Source of the DNA: Bdellovibrionales bacterium
GTDB taxonomy: Bacteria; Bdellovibrionota; Bdellovibrionia; Bdellovibrionales; UBA1609
Direction: 5' to 3'
NCBI GenBank assembly: GCA_041690295.1
Contig: JAWLHR010000006.1
Span: 64,001-128,000, forward strand
DNA length: 64,000 nt
This document shows, one piece after another, positions 49,621 to 57,388 of the stretch (position 1 is its first letter; each line of letters starts with the position of its first letter). Made by a program: the position numbers and the translations under genes. The notes beneath the pieces were generated by a model that saw only the letters and a list, made by a program, of their open reading frames with translations, searched no databases and was not told the DNA's origin.

Positions 49621-51040
49621 ACGTATTGTTGAAAATATTGGCGTAAGCGGTCAGTGAAACATAGTTGCTGAAGTTTTGTTGGATGTAAGGCTGAATGTTC
49701 ATTTTCAAAAAGCGGATGTCATTCGCTTGGCCGGCGACGGTTTCTTTATAATTTCCCGTGACCGAGGTGAGATCGGCGCCGACTTTGATTTTCTCCGTCA
49801 GCGCGAAATCCAAACCGCCTCTGATGAAAACAGCTGAAAAGCTAAAAGTGTCCACGGTTTCCTTGGAGCCGTGCTCGCCGACTCTTCTTAAGACGTCGTC
49901 CTTGGTGGCGCGGTCGCTATCATAAGACGTGCCGGCACCGATGACCCGGAGGCGAAATCGATTCGTGGTGTACATCACCCGCACGGCGTAGCTGGGATGG
50001 CTTCCCAGCACCTCTCGATATTCTTCACCGATCTTGATTCCGAAGTTCGGATAGTAAAAGCCGAAAGAAAGGGAATACGGACCGTAGTCGCCGCCCATCA
50101 ACGCCATGTAATTGAACGTGGCGACAACCTGACTGGGGCCGCTCATCTCCATGGCGCCATCGAGCAGGAAGTTTTGGCCCGCGGGAACGCCTGCCACATT
50201 GCCGACGAACATTCCGTGGAAGAAATGGGATTTTACATCGGAGCGAAGCGCGAATAGCGGTTCGGTGTGGGGAGTGAATTCTTGAACTTTGCTTCCCACC
50301 ACGGATTGACTCTGAAACCGGTAAGGCTCGCCGGTGGACCACTGAAAATAAAGGGGAAAATTGATCGCCGGTTCTTGCCGTTCGCCGATAAAGACAATTC
50401 CTAGGCGTGTTTCGGGTTCGAACAGATAGGGCTTGGCATACAGATAGGTGCGCTCTTGAAAGCCGTCCAGGGACTCATACCCGTTGACCAACGATTGATA
50501 AAACTCGCTGATGGCGATTTGATCGGCCAATACGCGAGTGGCTTTGACCGTGCCTTTGGAAGCGGGACAGCGATCCGACGATTCGGCGAATTCGAAAGTC
50601 GTAGGTTGGCTGAAGGCGGGTTTATGAGTTCTTCGGGCTTTGGGCGGTGCGGGTCTAATTTTATGTATGTCGGCATAGGTGTGAACGTGGCTTTTGCCAT
50701 CGACCGAATAAAATATGATCAGATCATCAATAAACCGGACCGGCCACGCCAGCGTGCGGGGAGTGTCCATGTCATCCGTGTAAAGGGCACGAAGCCGGCG
50801 ATGGAGATGTTGATCAACTTGGATTTCTGGAATTGGGTTATTGATGACATTAAATATATAGACGGTCTGAATTGAGTTCAGTTTGATGGTTTCATATCGC
50901 CCATGGATATCCAAAAGTTCGATTTGTCCATTGGCGGCATAGATCGCCATTCCAACTTTCTTTTCGCAGTTGGAAGTGACGAATCCCTGTAGCTCCAGAC
51001 CGTGGGCCATGGAGATCAGCAACGCGTATAGAAAAAGCAT
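49538..51040 (-). CDS. Hypothetical outer-membrane protein
   Basis: Signal peptide, C-terminal FGTFEFIF. Confidence 0.7.
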   Translation of the reverse strand: MLFLYALLISMAHGLELQGFVTSNCEKKVGMAIYAANGQIELLDIHGRYETIKLNSIQTVYIFNVINNPIPEIQVDQHLHRRLRALYTDDMDTPRTLAWPVRFIDDLIIFYSVDGKSHVHTYADIHKIRPAPPKARRTHKPAFSQPTTFEFAESSDRCPASKGTVKATRVLADQIAISEFYQSLVNGYESLDGFQERTYLYAKPYLFEPETRLGIVFIGERQEPAINFPLYFQWSTGEPYRFQSQSVVGSKVQEFTPHTEPLFALRSDVKSHFFHGMFVGNVAGVPAGQNFLLDGAMEMSGPSQVVATFNYMALMGGDYGPYSLSFGFYYPNFGIKIGEEYREVLGSHPSYAVRVMYTTNRFRLRVIGAGTSYDSDRATKDDVLRRVGEHGSKETVDTFSFSAVFIRGGLDFALTEKIKVGADLTSVTGNYKETVAGQANDIRFLKMNIQPYIQQNFSNYVSLTAYANIFNNTYEWNFNNVGDRKDQRETVFFGTFEFIF

Positions 51041-51094
51041 CAGCGGATGCTAATCAGGTAACTTGCAAGCCGTCAAGCTTGCGCGGCGCGGTTG

Positions 51095-51946
51095 TTAGAG
51101 GCGGGGAACCTTTGTGACCGGCTCTTCTTTAGGCTCACAGGCGATTTTCAGGGACTTGGCCGATGGAATCTCCATGGCGCTGATCATACAGGAGTTGACA
51201 AGAACTCGTTCCGACTTGGCCACCATTTCCTCAAGGCCGCGAGTATGAGACCAAATGACCTCGCCGCGATCCACATTGAACAGCATGCGACCCCAAATGC
51301 GGCTTTGAAACCGGCCGGCGCCGGGAACAGGAGGTATCGCCAATCGGACTCCGCCGGAAATCTCAAGATCGGCGCAGCGCTGGTTGGATTCGCAGCTCAC
51401 AATGTCCTTAAGAATGGCGGCGATCGAAATTTTCAGCGGAATTCCTTCCCGGGCGGAGGTCCATGTGTGTTCAAGGGTCCATGTATCGCCGACCGAGACT
51501 TTTTCGTTGGGGATGGGAACGGCGGGAACAAAGAAGATGCTGTTGGACGGATAGGCCCCCGCCCTGAGGACTTCACCGTTGGTTTTGATCACGAACTCGA
51601 TGGAGTCATTGAGTTCCGGAAAGGCCATATCGGTCAACTGCACGGTGCCGTCTTTCTTGATGGTTTTAGCGATGAACTTGATGGTGTTTTCTTTGTTATC
51701 GATTTCGGTCACTGAATTGCGCACGGTGAAGTCGACGGACTCGGTGCGATCCTTGGCGAGCTGGCCGTCACTGAAAGTCTTTATTCTTGAGGTGCTGGAG
51801 TACATGGTGTGGGTGACCTGGCCTTTTTCACCTTTGAATTTGATTTCGATAGGGCGGCCCGCCGATTTGTTAAACGTGGAGCAATTGGTGGTGGCGATTA
51901 TGATGGCGGCGATCGCAAACAGGATGGTTGATTTTCGCATGAGCAT
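51095..51946 (-). CDS. Hypothetical lipoprotein
   Basis: Lipobox-like TTNC; VSVGDTW motif. Confidence 0.65.
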   Translation of the reverse strand: MLMRKSTILFAIAAIIIATTNCSTFNKSAGRPIEIKFKGEKGQVTHTMYSSTSRIKTFSDGQLAKDRTESVDFTVRNSVTEIDNKENTIKFIAKTIKKDGTVQLTDMAFPELNDSIEFVIKTNGEVLRAGAYPSNSIFFVPAVPIPNEKVSVGDTWTLEHTWTSAREGIPLKISIAAILKDIVSCESNQRCADLEISGGVRLAIPPVPGAGRFQSRIWGRMLFNVDRGEVIWSHTRGLEEMVAKSERVLVNSCMISAMEIPSAKSLKIACEPKEEPVTKVPRL

Positions 51947-52022
51947 TTTATGACTGTACCGTCGGTGGGGGAGAAGTACAACTCTTTGCACGAAATCGCG
52001 GATTTTGGAATAATCGAAACAA

Positions 52023-53813
52023 ATGCGTTTGTGGCCAGTCCTTCTCTTAATCTTATTCAACTGTCATACATGGTTCGGCCCGGACATTTGGTATCACCTC
52101 ACATGGGGCCGCCACGTTGTGGACAATGGTGACTTTACGTCCAAGCCGGCCGTTTTGATTGAACAGCCGGTGATCGGCAATCCCTATTGGTTCTTTCAAA
52201 CCGTCGTTTACGGTCTTTATGAGCTTGGCGGCGCTTATGTGGTGGGCTTGTTTTTTGCCCTTCTTTGGGTGGCGATTTTGCTGCTTTGGCAGAGGGCATT
52301 TCGTTCGGGATTCGCCGCCGCTGTATTTTCTCTTCTTTTTGTCATATGCGCGCAATTGCGTTTGGAGTATCGGCCTGAAGTTTTCTCCTATTTGTTTTTG
52401 GCGATAATGATTTGGGTTTTTCTGCGAGGAATCTTGAATCGTTGGCTGATTTTGGGGTTGATGGTCCTTCAGGTTCTTTGGACCAACTCCCACGGCTATT
52501 TCTTTTTCGGTCCGGTGGTCGCCGGAGCTTTTTTGGCTTCTCGGTTGATGGCTTTGAGGTCGTTGTCGTTGCGGGAGTTAAAATGGCCGGCGCTCGCTTT
52601 TGCCGGGGTGTGCGCCGCCACGTTCGTAACACCTTCCGGGGTTTTAGCTTGGAAACTGGTCTTCGCGTACGCCGGATTGGCTCGGGAGCTTTCGAATTTC
52701 ATCGAAGAACTTCAACCTTTAACCCACTATGCCTGGTGGATCTGGCCGTTGCCGGTTTACTGGATCTTGTGGTTGATCGTGGCCGTATTCGCGGGAGTGT
52801 TTCTGTATCGGCGGAGAGAGATCTTTAGTGTTCTCCTGGCCGTCGTTGGTTTGATTGTTGGAGTGATCGCCTTTCGGAATGTTCCGCTGTTTCTTTTGTT
52901 ATCCGGCCCGCTCTTGGGGAAAGTTGTGGAGACGATGTGGGTTGAGAACGGCATGGGCTGGGTTTTGGGTGCGGGAATGGCGCGTGTGAGGGATGTCCTT
53001 CGCGCGAGTGCGGGTAAACCCATGGCCTTACGAATGGCGAAGGCCGTGTTTATCTTAATTTCGGTTGTTTTGGGTGTCTCTGTCGTCACCGGACGGTATC
53101 ACAAGTTCACGTTGAGTGATACGACCTTCGGTTTGGGTTTGGAGTGGGCCGAGTATCCGATCGGCGCCGTAGAATTCTTGAAGAGCATTTCGTTCTCGGG
53201 ACCGGTGTTTAATGAAACCGGCGACGGTGGCTACATTCAATTCCATCTGCGTGAGGCTGAGGTTTTTTGCGATTCGTACTTTGTCGACACGGTGACGACG
53301 CTGGGTTTGTTGCAATCGCGGAATGATCCCTCGATGTTCGAGGGCCTCGATACAAGATTTAAGTTCAATGCCGTCATTTTGGGAGTGGAGAACCGCACGC
53401 TGGTCCAATATTTGTTAAACCAAAGCGCCTGGGTGGTGGGCTATGCGGATTCCCATCGGATCGTGTTCTTGCGAAAAGCCCTTTATCCCGGGGCTACGTC
53501 TCGATTGGTTGAAGGCACCTACTATCGCGGCGAGGACTTGCGCCGCTACTCCTATTCGGAACCGCCGGTGATATGGACGGACATTGCTCGTCAGTTAGGT
53601 GATCGGGGTTTACTCTTGAAGTTGATCGAAGATTTCCACTCCGCTCGCGAAGTCCCCTCGGAGTTCGTGGTCAACATTCTCGCCTTCGCTTTCTCCGTCG
53701 ACACTCAAGATCCCCAGATCGCTCAACTCGCCATTCCGTTCTCGGACCGCTTTTTCCTCTCCCGTCCCGGCGACGACCGCCTCATCTCGGAGCTGATCTC
53801 GCGGATTCGGTAG
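52023..53813 (+). CDS. Polytopic membrane protein, putative GT-C glycosyltransferase
   Basis: DIWYHLTWG, RPEVFS, LWTNSHG, YPIGAVEFL...VFN..GGYI. Confidence 0.6.
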   Translation: MRLWPVLLLILFNCHTWFGPDIWYHLTWGRHVVDNGDFTSKPAVLIEQPVIGNPYWFFQTVVYGLYELGGAYVVGLFFALLWVAILLLWQRAFRSGFAAAVFSLLFVICAQLRLEYRPEVFSYLFLAIMIWVFLRGILNRWLILGLMVLQVLWTNSHGYFFFGPVVAGAFLASRLMALRSLSLRELKWPALAFAGVCAATFVTPSGVLAWKLVFAYAGLARELSNFIEELQPLTHYAWWIWPLPVYWILWLIVAVFAGVFLYRRREIFSVLLAVVGLIVGVIAFRNVPLFLLLSGPLLGKVVETMWVENGMGWVLGAGMARVRDVLRASAGKPMALRMAKAVFILISVVLGVSVVTGRYHKFTLSDTTFGLGLEWAEYPIGAVEFLKSISFSGPVFNETGDGGYIQFHLREAEVFCDSYFVDTVTTLGLLQSRNDPSMFEGLDTRFKFNAVILGVENRTLVQYLLNQSAWVVGYADSHRIVFLRKALYPGATSRLVEGTYYRGEDLRRYSYSEPPVIWTDIARQLGDRGLLLKLIEDFHSAREVPSEFVVNILAFAFSVDTQDPQIAQLAIPFSDRFFLSRPGDDRLISELISRIR

Positions 53814-53900
53814 GGCGTGTCGGCCGGCTCGGTGGGAGTCCGGACCGTGACGTGAGCGGCTTGTGCATAGCGAGTGTCCGATTTGGCTGACTACGCTCGC

Positions 53901-54659
53901 TTACTTGTCTTGCTCAAAACTTAAAGGCTGACCCGAGCTAAAAAATTTTTTCTCCCGAATCTTCGGCAGGTAGGAGTGAAACTTTGCCTGATCCGAATCT
54001 TTGGCGAAAAAAATCATCGCATTGTACGAGGTCTGTGCTGATTTTTTAACGATGAGATTCGTCGCGAACTTTTTGTCGGGTCCGCGGCTCGGTGTCTGTC
54101 CTTGGCGTGGACCCGTGAGGACGATGGCCTGCGCTTTTGGATAATGCAGGACTTTCTGGATTTCAAAAGGAGCGCTGACTGACTTGGCCGTGGCCAGTTT
54201 CAATTTTTTATCGGCGTCTTGGGCGTTCTTAATATCATTGCAACTCGTAAACGTCTTGCCGAACGTGAACAAGTTAAAGTCGTAATCGGAGTGAATGGAC
54301 GTCGATCCAATGCGATGACCAATGTCGGTCAACTCCTGTTTGAGAACGTCGGGACCAATAAGAGCCGTGAATAGAGGGGAGTTAATGACGATGGTTCCAT
54401 CCGCCTGTCGTTCCAACTTGGTCGGCATTTCGGGAACAGGAAAAACGATTTCGCCCAAATCCAAATAGTACCAGCTTTTCGCAAAAGATTTCGCGGCGCC
54501 CGACGGAGTGGAAAAGGTCGCATCCACCAGCCGTTTGGCTTCCGCGCCCCGTGATCGCAGCTGATCAATCCCTTTTTTAAAGGTCTGACAGAAATCGTTA
54601 GCTGAAAGTGCCGAACCTGAATAAAAACCCATCAAGAGTAAGACAATAAAAAGTCGCAT
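53901..54659 (-). CDS. Hypothetical secreted protein
   Basis: AGGA RBS and signal peptide MRLFIVLLL. Confidence 0.65.
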   Translation of the reverse strand: MRLFIVLLLMGFYSGSALSANDFCQTFKKGIDQLRSRGAEAKRLVDATFSTPSGAAKSFAKSWYYLDLGEIVFPVPEMPTKLERQADGTIVINSPLFTALIGPDVLKQELTDIGHRIGSTSIHSDYDFNLFTFGKTFTSCNDIKNAQDADKKLKLATAKSVSAPFEIQKVLHYPKAQAIVLTGPRQGQTPSRGPDKKFATNLIVKKSAQTSYNAMIFFAKDSDQAKFHSYLPKIREKKFFSSGQPLSFEQDK

Positions 54660-54846
54660 ATTATGTCCTGTTGATTTTTCGCTCCGGACTTCCAGATTGC
54701 GGAGTTGTTTGGTTCTTGGCAAGTGATTCAGATCTGAGGTCTCATCACCTTAACGGTTGTTAGCCTAAATGATCTTCGCACCTGGCCCTCGTCCGATGGT
54801 CGCGGAACCTTACCTTTCAAGCGTGCCGCTTAAAGAAGCACAATTC

Positions 54847-55096
54847 GCAATTTTGGTATGCGCAATTTAGAAAAGCGGACGCAACTTACAAAAGCGTAAC
54901 TTTCATATGTGGCAATTTAGAAAAGCGCAGCGCAGCTTACAACAGGGCAATTTTGATATGTGCGATTTAGAAAAGCACAGCGCAACTTGCAAACGTGCAA
55001 CTTACATATGCGAAATTTAGAAAAGCACACGGCACCTACAAAGAGGCAACTTACACCGAAGTTTAGAAAATCCAGTGCAACTTACAAAAGCGCAAC
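54847..55096. repeat. Degenerate tandem array, 5 x ~50 bp
   Basis: TTTAGAAAA core at 54866, 54916, 54966, 55016, 55062; GCAAYTT sub-repeat about every 16-17 bp. Confidence 0.9.
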
Positions 55097-55606
55097 CACC
55101 TCAAACTGTTTTCCTAGCGTCACCCTCAACCGCGTGGCCCAAGTGTCAGCTAATGAATGGCCATCGTTTAAGAATTCACCCTCTACACGGTTTGATCTTA
55201 CGTACCTTTGAACCTGTTTGTAGTCGCGTTTCCAGTTTACGATCCGTGTGAAGGGGCGATGTCGCCATTTCAATCCTGAAATCGCCCTCGCGAGCAAGCC
55301 CGTCACCGATCGAATCCATCGCCGGTAAAGTGTCCGGTTGCCGAATTGAACGAGTAGGTGAACGTGATCGGCATGAACGCCCGATTCGAACATTCGCACG
55401 CCAAATTTGGAATTCAGCCGATTTATCGTCTTCAGAACCAGATTCTTGTTTCGCAACAAACGCCAGGAATTCGTGGCCTTTAACACCAAATGTGTCGGCC
55501 GTTTGAAGTCCAGCGGCCGAGCTGTTTTCCGTCGGCCTCTTGCCAAGCTGCCACCAAACGCAATGGGCTGCGGATCAAAAAAGTTCAGCTGTTTCGCTCT
55601 GGCCAT
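55082..55606 (-). CDS. HUH Y1 transposase/nuclease (IS200 TnpA or RAYT-like)
   Basis: PTHLVLK, DHVHLL (HUH), RPFTRIV, RYVRSN (catalytic Tyr candidate); GAGGGGG RBS. Confidence 0.82.
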   Translation of the reverse strand: MARAKQLNFFDPQPIAFGGSLARGRRKTARPLDFKRPTHLVLKATNSWRLLRNKNLVLKTINRLNSKFGVRMFESGVHADHVHLLVQFGNRTLYRRWIRSVTGLLARAISGLKWRHRPFTRIVNWKRDYKQVQRYVRSNRVEGEFLNDGHSLADTWATRLRVTLGKQFEVVALL

Positions 55607-55873
55607 GATGCCCCCTCTTCTTTCCAACCCTGATCACGATCCGAACCAGTATCGCAGGAAACGTAATCGTTAGTGAGTGAAGGTAACATAATTGTTCGTT
55701 TTCATGTTGGCAATTCGCGAGCACTGCATAAACAGAAAATGTTTTGAGGAAAATTTTGGTGAGGTGATTGCCGATGAGGACGATTTCGCAAAAGATGATC
55801 GGCACGATTTTGAGATCGAATGAAATCGCAATGTGTGGGGCGAAGTCACAACTTCGATTGGAGCTTCACCTTT

Positions 55874-56021
55874 ACGCCGTGAGATTGAGACGGTTAAGGC
55901 GCCGGACAGATCGGGCGAAGTCGTAGGTTTCAAGGCATCTCTGAAGTTATGGATTATGGAGGATAACACTCCGATGAAGGTCTTAACATTAACGGCGGGA
56001 GATTGAGACGGTTAAGGCGCC
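55874..56021. repeat. Two 30-bp direct repeats 118 bp apart
   Basis: Exact core gagattgagacggttaaggcgcc at 55881-55903 and 55999-56021. Confidence 0.85.
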
Positions 56022-56104
56022 TGCGCTGCGGTTCGGATGGGGTTTCGAGATTTCCGGTTCTAGTTTTTGAGTTGGTCGGGACAGAGCCAGCGAACAAAAC
56101 AAAC

Positions 56105-56914
56105 CTAGTGCGACGATTCTTGAATAACTTCTTCGGCTTGGAGGTTTTCGCCGTGGCGGTAGCGGTCGACGAGGGATTTGTCGCGGGTGGGGAAGGAGAA
56201 GAGCAGGGCGTGGCTGTTCGAGGGAGCGTCTTCGATGGTGACCACGATGTAGTAAAAATCCGAATCCTCGTTGAATTCCTTGATAAAGCTCACCAACACG
56301 TTGCCGGTGGTGTCGCCGGAGCGCCAGATTTCGTCGGCGTCTTCCAAAGTTTCTTCGCGGCAATCGGCGTAAGATTGGAATTCGTCCTCGGGGATGTCCT
56401 TGTCGCTGCGAAGGAGCAGCATCGCTTTATACAATCCGAGCGCCAGATCGTCGCCTTCGTGCAGGGCGTCCCCGTCGATCGCGCCCATCGGGACGTCCGC
56501 GGATGACCGCTGAAAGACGATCTGCCCCCGGCGGTAATGATCAACCAGACTTTGGTCCGTCGTGGGAAAATGCAGGTAAACAAAGCTCGGCGTGCTCTCG
56601 GTCAAATAGCAGGCCGCCACGTGGAAGACATCCTTATCGAAGCGACGGATGTAAATGAACATCCGTTTGTCGCCCAAAGTGTCCGTGTCTTCCCAAACCT
56701 CATCCGGATCGTCCAGCAGGCGTTCGAGCTGCCTATCATACTTCTTGAATTCGTATTCCTGAATGTCCGTACGCTTGCGTAAGGAAAAGAACTCCTTCTC
56801 CAGAACCTGGATCTCTTTCTCGAAGTGGGAATAGAGCTCCTGCTCGGAGTCAAAAACGAGCCCGTGCTCTTCGTCGATGATGATGGGATCTTTTTTACGC
56901 GAAGACCGCGACAT
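56105..56914 (-). CDS. Acidic protein with two tandem PBECR2-like (RelE/barnase-fold) domains
   Basis: Duplicated LxDxDExW...FPTxDxSLVDxYRxG; start set at MSRSSRKK. Confidence 0.55.
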   Translation of the reverse strand: MSRSSRKKDPIIIDEEHGLVFDSEQELYSHFEKEIQVLEKEFFSLRKRTDIQEYEFKKYDRQLERLLDDPDEVWEDTDTLGDKRMFIYIRRFDKDVFHVAACYLTESTPSFVYLHFPTTDQSLVDHYRRGQIVFQRSSADVPMGAIDGDALHEGDDLALGLYKAMLLLRSDKDIPEDEFQSYADCREETLEDADEIWRSGDTTGNVLVSFIKEFNEDSDFYYIVVTIEDAPSNSHALLFSFPTRDKSLVDRYRHGENLQAEEVIQESSH

Positions 56915-57061
56915 ACTCATAGTATACACGATTCAAGCTGTTTCATATTGAAACAGACGAACGTCGAGCCTCCTATTCAATAGGATATAGACCGTGGTCC
57001 GGTTAGTCAAATTTTGCGGAAAATCCCTTGCTCATACGCGCAGTTATCTCAAACTGATGTT

Positions 57062-57385
57062 GTGAACGATCTCAAAATAAGCGACTCGCACCTGGATCAA
57101 ATTGAACACCTCCTAGCGCAAAGTATGAACGGCATTCACCTGCTGTTCGATAATGAGACAATCGCCCAAGTTCTCAGTACGCCGACCGAACATCTCGATT
57201 TCTTCCACATGAAAAACCTGGATCGCATCCAGGAACTCTTCACCGAACTGCTTCGGCGCGAGACTCTGGCGGAAAAGCAGATTTATTTATCTACGCTTGA
57301 TCGTGAATCCTTCGAGACTTTGCTGAGAACCTATTTTCATATCGTGGATAATTCGCTTTACTCGGCGGATGACAACCGCCACTGA
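57062..57385 (+). CDS. Hypothetical protein
   Basis: Fills the gap between divergent and convergent neighbours; GIHLLFD, RTYFHIVDNS. Confidence 0.6.
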   Translation: MNDLKISDSHLDQIEHLLAQSMNGIHLLFDNETIAQVLSTPTEHLDFFHMKNLDRIQELFTELLRRETLAEKQIYLSTLDRESFETLLRTYFHIVDNSLYSADDNRH

Positions 57386-57388
57386 ATA

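Noticed and set aside
53870..53900. gcgagtgt/acgctcgc hairpin as a Y1 element end
   Set aside because: It lies between convergent stop codons and is adequately explained as a terminator; nothing links it to the Y1 gene.
54847..55096. CRISPR array
   Set aside because: Variable segments are only 4-6 nt, repeats are degenerate, and no cas genes are in the window.
54960..55211. 83-aa + strand ORF over the array
   Set aside because: The 50-bp period is not a multiple of 3, the ORF overlaps the Y1 gene antisense, and it has no RBS.
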